From NCBI GenBank assembly GCA_023246095.1, contig JAHFJA010000006.1, forward strand, positions 1 to 49,122: a stretch of DNA of 49,122 nucleotides, written 5' to 3'. Position numbers and translations under genes: made by a program. The stretch is from a bacterium (GTDB taxonomy: Bacteria; Patescibacteriota; Patescibacteriia; JACQRZ01). The notes below the pieces were generated by a model. The model was not told where the DNA came from and searched no databases. It saw nothing but the letters and a program-made list of their open reading frames with translations. How positions within the stretch are numbered: position 1 is the stretch's first letter; each line of letters begins with the position of its first letter. Shown here piece by piece: positions 10,289 through 17,275 of the stretch.

Positions 10289-11119
10289 ATGGATGAACTT
10301 AACAATCAACCTGCGAGTGTGCCTAGTGCGTCGAGTGTTTCCAGTGCACCGACAAATCAACCAATGAATAAATTTTCTCCAAAAGCAAGTTTTTTCATGG
10401 GGTTGGGAGCGGGCTTTTTCGTAATTTGTACCATTGGTTTCTTTGTTCTTCTTGGTGTGTTTTTGACCGGGAACAATAAACCATCTTCAGCGCAAGCAGT
10501 GGTAACTCCTCCAGCAACTGCACCCGTTGCCCCTTCAGCACAGGCGCCTGCTGATGCGCCTGCCGCACCTATCTCGGTTAAAGGGTATCAAAAAGATGAT
10601 CACGTCTATGGCGATGTAAACGCGCCTATTACGTTAGTTGTTTTCTCTGATACTGAATGTCCATTTTGCAAACGATTTCATCCAACCATGAAGCAGGTAG
10701 TTGATAACTATAAAGGAAAAGTAAATTTGGTATACCGCCATTTTCCGCTCGCACAGCTTCATAGCAAGGCTCCAAAAGAAGCGGAAGCAACTGAGTGTGC
10801 AGCAGAGTTGGGGGGCAACGCAGGTTTTTGGAAATATCTTGATCGATTGATGGAAATTACTCCATCGAATGATGGACTTGACCCAGCAAAGCTTCCTGAG
10901 ATTGCAAAAGAGGTAGGTCTTGATCAGAAAAAATTTGAAGACTGCTATAAGTCCGGTAAATACGCAGCCAAGGTAAGTGCACAAGAAAATGAAGGGCTCG
11001 CTGCAGGTGCTCAAGGAACCCCTTATGGAATTATCCTTGCCGGAGATCAAAAGATCCCCGTTCCTGGAGCTGTACCATTTGAACAGCTGAAAGCAACGAT
11101 TGATCCATTGATTAAGTAA
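10289..11119 (+). CDS. DsbA/BdbD-family thiol-disulfide oxidoreductase, membrane-anchored
   Basis: FSDTECPFCKRFH active site, YRHFPL, GTP cis-Pro motif, N-terminal TM. Confidence 0.92.
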   Translation: MDELNNQPASVPSASSVSSAPTNQPMNKFSPKASFFMGLGAGFFVICTIGFFVLLGVFLTGNNKPSSAQAVVTPPATAPVAPSAQAPADAPAAPISVKGYQKDDHVYGDVNAPITLVVFSDTECPFCKRFHPTMKQVVDNYKGKVNLVYRHFPLAQLHSKAPKEAEATECAAELGGNAGFWKYLDRLMEITPSNDGLDPAKLPEIAKEVGLDQKKFEDCYKSGKYAAKVSAQENEGLAAGAQGTPYGIILAGDQKIPVPGAVPFEQLKATIDPLIK

Positions 11120-11137
11120 ATGAACGACTGAATTCCA

Positions 11138-11166
11138 CAAAACGACCCTGCCTAAGGGTCGTTTTG
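11138..11166 (+). terminator. Intrinsic terminator
   Basis: CAAAACGACCCT-gccta-AGGGTCGTTTTG. Confidence 0.8.
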
Positions 11167-11245
11167 ACATATATTAAATTACGTATTATTTCGTTCAAAA
11201 CGAAGGCGACATTACAGAGGTACTCGATTGGTGTGTAATAATGAT

Positions 11246-11943
11246 ATGGAAGCTAACCAACAAAATCATACTGGTGAAATTTGTTTTTTGTATCAGAGGG
11301 ATTTTTTGAGCGCAAGTGAGATTGCCGAGAAATTATCTTTGTCAATTGATGCGGTGTATTATTGTTTGAGAAAAAATAAGATACCACGACGGACAACAAC
11401 AGAACAGAATATAATGAGATTCGAAAAGACACCATCTACCTTCCTATTAATGAGCATCTAAGCGATATTGATAGAGGGTTGTTAATTGCAGGTATTATTA
11501 TGTATTGGTGTGAGGGATCCAAGAGAGGAGATGGAAAGACGGTTGACTTCGCAAACAGCGACCCGACTCTAATTATATTGTTTCTTAAGTTTTTACGATC
11601 ATTGCTCCATGTACAAGAGAAGAAACTACGATGCTATCTGTATTGTTTTGCAAATCAAGATACTGACAACCTTATTGATTATTGGTCAAGCTTAATTGAA
11701 ATCAGGAAAGATCAATTTACCAAGCCGTATGTTCGAGGTGTCTATAATCCAAGTAAAGAGGGAAGAATGCCCTATGGTTTACTACATATAAGATATGCTG
11801 ACAAGAAACTCTTGTCTTTTATCAAAAATTACATTAATATACTCCCATGTGAGTTAATAAGAAATATGGGCGGTTACCGAAGTGGTCAACCGGGGCAGAC
11901 TGTCAGTAAAGGCAGCTTTATTGAGCAATCAATATCGAATTAA
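11246..11943 (+). pseudogene. Frameshifted HTH + LAGLIDADG-like endonuclease gene overlapping tRNA-Tyr
   Basis: 11246-11461 encodes an HTH (LSASEIAEKLSLSIDAVYYCLRK). A second frame, open from 11380, encodes AGIIMYWCEGSK...VDFANSDPTLIILFLKFLR. One extra base near 11441-11446 would join them (...TPSTF-x-INEHLSDIDRGLLIAG). Could be an assembly error. Confidence 0.6.
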
Positions 11944-12192
11944 TTGGGTGAATTCGGGGAAATCTTCATCTCAATCTTTGGGAAAAGACAATCCCGAGCC
12001 AAGCTAGGAAGGACATAGGTTTCCTAGACGGTGTAGAGACTAGTGAGTGAGTTCCAACAATACTCTCACAAACAGCGCCCAACCCCGCTTCAAATAGCGG
12101 GTGATGATATAGTCCGTGCTCCTAGAAATAGGGGAATTACATGAAATCTGCTGGCATCGCCTTCGAAGGTTCGAATCCTTCACCGCCCACCA
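11868..12192 (+). tRNA. tRNA-Tyr(GTA) split by a group I intron; exons 11868-11903 and 12144-12192
   Basis: Joining the exons gives acceptor stem GGGCGGT/ACCGCCC plus ACCA, anticodon arm GCAGA-CTGT|AAA-TCTGC, a long variable arm and T arm GAAGG-TTCGAAT-CCTTC. Confidence 0.95.
11904..12143 (+). ncRNA. Group I intron (240 nt, no ORF, IA-like)
   Basis: P1 CUGU|C pairs with GGCAG, with U.G at the splice site. P3 UUGGGUG/CGCCCAA, P4 UUCGGG/CCCGAG, P7 GACUA/UAGUC, an extra hairpin between P7 and P3', P8 CCCGCU/AGCGGG, P9 GAAA tetraloop, terminal G at 12143. Confidence 0.93.
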
Positions 12193-12234
12193 TAGCGCCC
12201 TTGAGGGCACCAAAGGCGTCCTTTTGGGACAGTC

Positions 12235-12306
12235 GCCACTTTAGCTCAGTGGTAGAGCAACACTTTTGTAAAGTGAAGGTCCTGGGTTCGAATCCCAGAA
12301 GTGGCT
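12235..12306 (+). tRNA. tRNA-Thr(TGT)
   Basis: Acceptor stem GCCACTT/AAGTGGC, loop TTTGTAA, T arm CTGGG-TTCGAAT-CCCAG. CCA not encoded. Confidence 0.95.
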
Positions 12307-12318
12307 TATTCCCAGCTC

Positions 12319-12347
12319 TTGAATAGTTTTTTAAGACATGTTATAGT
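12319..12347 (+). promoter_or_regulatory. Putative sigma70 promoter of rpmG
   Basis: TTGAAT-17 nt-TATAGT with TGn extended -10. Confidence 0.55.
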
Positions 12348-12369
12348 GTCGGCACCTATTTAAACCACT

Positions 12370-12525
12370 ATGTCACAAGATAATCTCATAAAAATGGAGT
12401 GCGGTAATTGTTCCCAGATAGGGTATTATACCTATAAGAACAAGAAAAAACTCAAGAACCGACTTGAGCTGAAGAAGTATTGCAAAACTTGCCGCGTCCA
12501 CCAGAACCACAAAGAGACCAAGTAA
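12370..12525 (+). CDS. rpmG: 50S ribosomal protein L33 (not in ORF track)
   Basis: Hand translation: MSQDNLIKMECGNCSQIGYYTYKNKKKLKNRLELKKYCKTCRVHQNHKETK, with two CxxC and RLELKKYC. Confidence 0.96.
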   Translation: MSQDNLIKMECGNCSQIGYYTYKNKKKLKNRLELKKYCKTCRVHQNHKETK

Positions 12526-12541
12526 GGGATGTCCAGAAGAA

Positions 12542-12571
12542 ACAAAAACCTGCGTAACAGCGGGTTTTTGT
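12542..12571. terminator. Bidirectional terminator between rpmG and the recombinase
   Basis: ACAAAAACCTGC-gtaaca-GCGGGTTTTTGT between convergent genes. Confidence 0.75.
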
Positions 12572-12603
12572 GTTAAAGAGGAGGTGACTGTCGGGGGGGT
12601 TTC

Positions 12604-13416
12604 CTAAAGGGGGCTTCTTATGTTTTTTAGTATAGGGTTGGTTACTTTTGTGTATAGTTGGGTTGTTCTGATATTGGCGTGCCCCAGAAGCTCTTGTACG
12701 TATCGTACATCGACACCATTTTCCAAGAGGTGAGTAGCAAAGCTATGGCGCAAAGAATGAAATGTTGCTTCTTTTTGAATATTGGCTTTTTTCAGTGCAT
12801 GTTCAAATACTTTTTGCGCGGTTCTTTCGGTGAGTCGACCGCCACATTCGCTTGAAAATACATACTCGTCGAGCTGTTTATGCGAAATCTGATCAATTAT
12901 GACGGGGATTAATTTCTCAGGAAATACGGTAATGCGATCTTTATTGCCTTTTGCACCTTTAACGTGAATTGTCAGCTCGGAAAGATTGATATCCTTTACC
13001 TTCATCGCTGTTACTTCGCTAACGCGCAAACCTCCGGCGTAGGCAAGCGCAATCATTGTTTTGTGTTTTGTGTTAGGGATGACTCGTAGAATGGATTGAA
13101 TTTCATCGCGAGATAAGAAGATAGGGAGTTTACTGGGTGTCTTGGCAAACCGAATATCAAGCTTACTATTAAACTTGAGCACATTCCGACAGAAAAAATT
13201 TATCGCTTGAAGCTTTTGATTAACGCTTTGCGAGGCCATTCCTTGGTCTATTTTGGATAGTAAGTATTGCTTGATGAAGTCGATATCAACAGAATCGAGG
13301 TTACTTTGTTTGGAAGTTAAATATTCAGCCACACAGGCGGAATAGCTTTTGATTGTTTTGGGACTGTAATTACGCAGTCTTAGCTCATTTTCGAGCTTTG
13401 ATAAATAGACATTCAT
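12604..13416 (-). CDS. Tyrosine recombinase (IntI/XerD-like, SAM-like N-terminus, no IntI insertion), 270 aa
   Basis: LRLRNYSPKTIKSY N-terminus. Catalytic residues intact: GLRVSE, KGNKDR, HSLRHSFATHLLE, LLGH, TTQLY. Ends SPL like IntI proteins. Confidence 0.93.
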   Translation of the reverse strand: MNVYLSKLENELRLRNYSPKTIKSYSACVAEYLTSKQSNLDSVDIDFIKQYLLSKIDQGMASQSVNQKLQAINFFCRNVLKFNSKLDIRFAKTPSKLPIFLSRDEIQSILRVIPNTKHKTMIALAYAGGLRVSEVTAMKVKDINLSELTIHVKGAKGNKDRITVFPEKLIPVIIDQISHKQLDEYVFSSECGGRLTERTAQKVFEHALKKANIQKEATFHSLRHSFATHLLENGVDVRYVQELLGHANIRTTQLYTKVTNPILKNIRSPL

Positions 13417-13450
13417 GTATTTATGTATTACTCTTAACCTAAGAGAAATT

Positions 13451-13520
13451 ATACGAAATATTCGGGTAGTATACAATATCTCGTATGCTATATGTAAACA
13501 CTTCGGATATGGAAGAGTTA
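13451..13520. other. Candidate attI-like primary site
   Basis: ACTTCGGATATGGAAGAGTTA (13500-13520) matches only the right half of the downstream sites. It is preceded by hairpin ATACGAAATATT/AATATCTCGTAT. Confidence 0.45.
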
Positions 13521-13565
13521 TATGAAATGCCAAAAGGAAATAAGGTATTTGGCACATCATCTAAC
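13517..13565. repeat. Empty cassette: GTTA...TAAC inverted arms with a 13-nt loop
   Basis: GTTATATGAAATGCCAAA / TTTGGCACATCATCTAAC, 15 of 18 pairs. Confidence 0.7.
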
Positions 13566-14035
13566 ACGGGATATCCGACTCACAAGCACTCAGAATAAAA
13601 TTATTTTTTCAAATTCATATGAAGAAAGACAATCTAAACAGCAACCCAGAGTTATCGTGGACATTTCTTGATGGAAGTAAGAGAACAGCTGGAATTCTTG
13701 AAACTGTTGTCATTGGTAAAGGAGAATATTTGCCAGGGTGGAAATGGTCAACACACGCTGGTGTAATAACAGGCAAAGAATCAGAACGGCATGTTGGCTA
13801 TGTGCTTTCAGGTGAAATGATAATCAAAAATTCTAATGGTGATGAGATTATGGTTGGTCCTGGAGAAGCCTTCGAGGCAGACCCTGGACATGATGCGTGG
13901 GTTGTTGGAAACGTCCCTTGTGTTGCTTTGGATTTTACAGATTTAGGATTGAAAAAATAATTTTATTCTGAATGCCTGTTCATCCAAATTTGTCTTCGCT
14001 ACACTACGACAAACTTCGGATATCCTGATACGTTA
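13562..14035. repeat. attC-like site 1, carrying the cupin gene inside its loop
   Basis: TAAC-A-CGGGATATCCGA (13562-13578) ... TCGGATATCCTG-ATAC-GTTA (14016-14035). Inner 31-bp inverted repeat at 13582-13612/13949-13979. Confidence 0.75.
13619..13960 (+). CDS. Cupin-domain protein
   Basis: PGWKWSTH, HVGYVLSG and PGHDAWVVG motifs. Confidence 0.88.
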   Translation: MKKDNLNSNPELSWTFLDGSKRTAGILETVVIGKGEYLPGWKWSTHAGVITGKESERHVGYVLSGEMIIKNSNGDEIMVGPGEAFEADPGHDAWVVGNVPCVALDFTDLGLKK

Positions 14036-14204
14036 TACGCAATTCAAAAAATATTTTTCTAACGGAGAATAAGGAATGATAGGCTTTTAAAAGGAAATAA
14101 ATTTGTTTTTCTTTATTTATCGAGGGGGATAATTTGTGTTTCCCTCCACTTCGTTACAGAAAACGAATTATTTATAAATATTAATTATTAAAGATACTAG
14201 TATG
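14035..14204 (+). repeat. Cassette leader copy 1 (homologous to 15785-15957)
   Basis: Shared blocks ATACGCAATT.AAAAAATATTTTTCT, GATAGG, TAAATTTG.TTTT and CTTCG.TACA.AAA.GAAT.ATTT, up to the ATG. Confidence 0.8.
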
Positions 14205-14795
14205 AGAAAAATAACCGTTCTAACAATGATTACATTGGATGGAGTCATGCAAGCACCTGGCGGATCCAAAGAGGATACCGCAGAGGGTTTTAAATATGGC
14301 GGCTGGTCTACGCCGTATATGGATGAAGCGTATGGTAAAGTTGCAGCAGAAGAAATGAAACCAGCAGAATATCTTTTGGGCAGAACAACATTTGAGATTT
14401 TTGCCAGATACTGGCCAGAACATGAAAATGGATGGCCAGGTATCAATAATGGTACGAAATATGTCTTGAGTGGGACTATGAAAAATTCAGATTGGAAAAA
14501 TACCGTTTTTCTCACAAGTCTGGCTGATATCGAAAAGTTAAAAAATTCAGAAGGTCCCGACATACAAGTATGGGGCAGCAGTAAACTCGTTCAACTGTTG
14601 CTTAAGAATGATTTAGTGGACGAACTTCGACTCAAAATTCACCCATTGACAATTGGCGAAGGAAAAAAATTGTTTGGCGATGGCACGATTCCGGCAGCAT
14701 TTGCCTTAATAGAGAGTTCGGTTACACCAAGCGGTGTGATTATTGCCCATTACAAACGAGCTGGAGAAGTCAAGACTGGCACCGTTGGAGATTAA
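14202..14795 (+). CDS. Dihydrofolate reductase-like / RibD C-terminal domain protein
   Basis: TLDGVMQAPG, LLGRTT, GSSKLVQLLL..DLVDE and GEGKKLF motifs. Confidence 0.9.
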   Translation: MRKITVLTMITLDGVMQAPGGSKEDTAEGFKYGGWSTPYMDEAYGKVAAEEMKPAEYLLGRTTFEIFARYWPEHENGWPGINNGTKYVLSGTMKNSDWKNTVFLTSLADIEKLKNSEGPDIQVWGSSKLVQLLLKNDLVDELRLKIHPLTIGEGKKLFGDGTIPAAFALIESSVTPSGVIIAHYKRAGEVKTGTVGD

Positions 14796-14821
14796 AGAGA
14801 AAAGAATTTGACGCAAAAAAA

Positions 14822-14882
14822 TTGAAAAATGAAATTCACCCCTGACCCCTCTTTCATTTTTCAAAACGGAAAAAACAAATTT
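14822..14882 (+). repeat. Cassette trailer copy 1 (homologous to 17150-17210)
   Basis: TTGAAAAATGAAATTCACCCCT.ACC.CTCTTTC.T.TTTCAAA..GGAAAAAA, containing a 13-bp hairpin. Confidence 0.85.
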
Positions 14883-14938
14883 CATACAAATACAAAGAAA
14901 AGTATGGATTACAAAGTCACGGAAAAGTATACTACATA

Positions 14939-15026
14939 TAACAAAGGATATGAGGTTACGAAGCCTTACGACTTCTCCACTCAAATTGCTCCCTATATTC
15001 GCAACTTCTCATATCCTTAAACGTTA
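14939..15026. repeat. attC-like site 2 (88 bp)
   Basis: TAAC-A-AAGGATATGAG-GTTACGAA ... TTCGCAAC-TT-CTCATATCCTT-AAAC-GTTA. Confidence 0.8.
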
Positions 15027-15103
15027 TCGGAAATAGCAAAAATCTTTCCTTATAGTTTAATATTTTGGATTTTTTTTATTTTGAATGCAAAAATTTTAAA
15101 AAT

Positions 15104-15715
15104 ATGGGCAACGAAATAGTAAGCGCGTTCGTACTGGGTCTAATAGGCGGTGTGATTCCCGGCCCAGTTTTGGCGGCCACATTCACGGAAATTTTACAGT
15201 CTGGCATGTTAAAAAGCATGCGGATAATTCTATGGGCAATGTTGACCGAAACCGTTGTTGCCCTAATAAGTTTATTGGCACTATCATCGATGAATTTTTC
15301 TGAGAGCTTTTTCCAGGGTCTTTCGGTAGTCGGGGCCGCCATCCTAATTTGGATTTCGACTTCGATTTGGAAAGTCCACAAAATCGACACCGAAGAAAAA
15401 GTCCATTTCAGTCTGGGTAAAATTTCGGCGATGATTCTGGCTAATGGTGTGCTGTGGACTTTCTGGATCACCGTGTGTGTGCCGAAAGCGATTATGTTGA
15501 ATAATAAGGCGGCTTTCGGCAATTACTTGTTCTTGCTACTCGTCGAAATCGGATGGCTCATTTCCACTGTTCTGGTTGCAGTGATATTTTCAAGATTCAG
15601 AAAAATTCTTTCCAACCCAAAAGTCGTGCCAATTATTTTTAAAATTTTTGCTCTTGTATTCGTGTATTTCGCTGTCGATATGGTTTATAGAAGTATCAGG
15701 TTTTTCCTGACCTAA
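15104..15715 (+). CDS. LysE/RhtB-family exporter
   Basis: GLIGGVIPGP motif and multiple TM helices. Enclosed by ~60-bp inverted arms 15023-15083/15716-15777. Confidence 0.8.
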   Translation: MGNEIVSAFVLGLIGGVIPGPVLAATFTEILQSGMLKSMRIILWAMLTETVVALISLLALSSMNFSESFFQGLSVVGAAILIWISTSIWKVHKIDTEEKVHFSLGKISAMILANGVLWTFWITVCVPKAIMLNNKAAFGNYLFLLLVEIGWLISTVLVAVIFSRFRKILSNPKVVPIIFKIFALVFVYFAVDMVYRSIRFFLT

Positions 15716-15784
15716 CAAGATAAAAAAATTCCAAAATCAATAGTAAGGAAGAAAGATTTTTTGCTACATCAGATAACACGCTAT

Positions 15785-15957
15785 ATACGCAATTTAAAAA
15801 ATATTTTTCTTAAGGTAAAATGAAGATAGGGTTTCAAAATATGGATAAATTTGATTTTTTCTTTTATTGTAAATGGGAATAATATTGTATTTTCTTCTGC
15901 TTCGCTACAAAAATGAATCATTTTATGAACTTTTAATTGTTAAGGGATATTATTATG
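15785..15957 (+). repeat. Cassette leader copy 2, fused to a collapsed site at 15774-15790
   Basis: TAAC-A-CGCTAT runs directly into ATACGCAATT. The hairpin body and GTT are missing. Confidence 0.75.
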
Positions 15958-16854
15958 GAAAACAATATGCAAAAAATAACGCCAAACCTATGGTTTTACG
16001 GAAACGCTAAAGAAGCCGCGGATTTTTATACCTCTGTTTTTTCCGATGCCAAAATCGTCGCAACTTCGCACTATCCAAAGAGTAAAGAAGAGGGGCTCGC
16101 CGACTTCCAGCTAAATATGGCCAGTAAAGTATTGACGGTTGACTTCGACGTTATGGATTTTCGTTTCGTGGCTATCAATGCAGGACCTGAGTTTACTCCT
16201 AATCCTTCTATATCATTCTTTATCACACTGGATTCCAAAGAAGAAATTGACGAGTTGTGGGGAAAGCTTGGAGATGGCGGAAAAGAATTGATGCCGCTCT
16301 CAAAGTATCCATTTAGCGAGTACTACGGCTGGTTGCAAGATAAGTACAATGTGAGCTGGCAGCTTATTTTGAACAATCCCGAGGGCGACCAGCGACCGAA
16401 AGTGATGCCTTCATTTCTCTTTACGCAAGACAAAAGTGGAAAAGCAAAGGAAGCAAGAGATTTCTATCTCTCAGTTTTCAAGGATTCAAAAGAAGGTATT
16501 ACCGCGCTTTTCGAAGAAGATGCCCAAGTTGGTCAAAAGAAGGGAGACGTAATGTTTTCTGATTTCATGCTTGAAAATGTGTGGCTGGCTGCCATGGATG
16601 GTGGAAACCCACACGAATTTACCTTCAATGAAGGAGTATCACTTTCGATTAGTTGCAAAGACCAAGACGAAATTGACTATTACTGGGAGAAGCTCACAGC
16701 GGACGGCGGTGAGGAAAGTGTTTGTGGCTGGCTCAAAGACAAATATGGCGTAATTTGGCAAGTCGTGCCTGCGAATATGGAAGAGCTTATGAAGCGGTCG
16801 AATGCATTCAAAATCATGATGCAGCAAAAGAAAATAATTATTGCCGAGTATTAA
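15955..16854 (+). CDS. Two-domain VOC/PhnB-like (3-demethylubiquinone-9 methyltransferase family) protein
   Basis: KITPNLWF..AKEAADFY, YGWLQDKYNVSWQL and CGWLKDKYGVIWQV motifs. Confidence 0.9.
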   Translation: MENNMQKITPNLWFYGNAKEAADFYTSVFSDAKIVATSHYPKSKEEGLADFQLNMASKVLTVDFDVMDFRFVAINAGPEFTPNPSISFFITLDSKEEIDELWGKLGDGGKELMPLSKYPFSEYYGWLQDKYNVSWQLILNNPEGDQRPKVMPSFLFTQDKSGKAKEARDFYLSVFKDSKEGITALFEEDAQVGQKKGDVMFSDFMLENVWLAAMDGGNPHEFTFNEGVSLSISCKDQDEIDYYWEKLTADGGEESVCGWLKDKYGVIWQVVPANMEELMKRSNAFKIMMQQKKIIIAEY

Positions 16855-16857
16855 GAA

Positions 16858-17145
16858 ATGAGCCATATGAATGAAAAGGAAATTGCAACCGGCTTTGTTC
16901 ACAAAGTACCTGCTGATTTAAAGGAAATCTTAACTTCTAATCCTGATGTGATCGAAAGATGGAACAAGTTAACTCCTGTTGCACGCAACGAGTGGATATG
17001 TTGGGTTACGATTGTCAAAAAACCAGAAACAAGAAAAGAGCATCTTGTTCGTTTGCAAGAAGATATTCTTATAGGGAAAAAGAGGCCATGTTGTTGGCCT
17101 GGTTGTCCTCATCGCAGAGAAAGTGCGAAAAAATGGTTTAAATAA
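16858..17145 (+). CDS. YdeI/OmpD-associated domain protein
   Basis: VPADL, WNKLTPVARNEWICWV..KKPETR and RPCCWPGCPHR motifs. Confidence 0.85.
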   Translation: MSHMNEKEIATGFVHKVPADLKEILTSNPDVIERWNKLTPVARNEWICWVTIVKKPETRKEHLVRLQEDILIGKKRPCCWPGCPHRRESAKKWFK

Positions 17146-17149
17146 GAAT

Positions 17150-17274
17150 TTGAAAAATGAAATTCACCCCTAACCTCTCTTTCGTGTTTCAAATAGGAAA
17201 AAATCAAATATATTATTAACGAGGAAAGCCTATCTGATAAACGAAATAGAAAATATTTTGATGAAATCACGTAT
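17150..17274 (+). repeat. Cassette trailer copy 2, truncated inside the expected TAAC core
   Basis: Homologous to 14822-14882 and complementary to leader 2 in several blocks. Ends AATCACGTAT followed by CATG. Confidence 0.75.
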
Positions 17275-17275
17275 C

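Noticed and set aside
12141-12326. 61-aa ORF MKSAGIAFEGSNPS...
   Set aside because: Translation of tRNA-Tyr exon 2 and tRNA-Thr.
13417-13560. 48-aa N-terminal extension of the recombinase in the ORF track
   Set aside because: Family-like sequence begins at MNVYLSKLENELRLR. The extension overlaps the site and promoter region.
14829-15020. 63-aa ORF MKFTPDPSF..., with a similar start at 17158
   Set aside because: It overlaps the trailer hairpin and site 2, and the second copy stops after ~20 codons. DNA structure explains the similarity better.
13497-17274. CRISPR array or IS/MITE explanation for the repeats
   Set aside because: No fixed-length repeat-spacer period, no cas or transposase gene, no target-site duplications, and the arms differ per gene.
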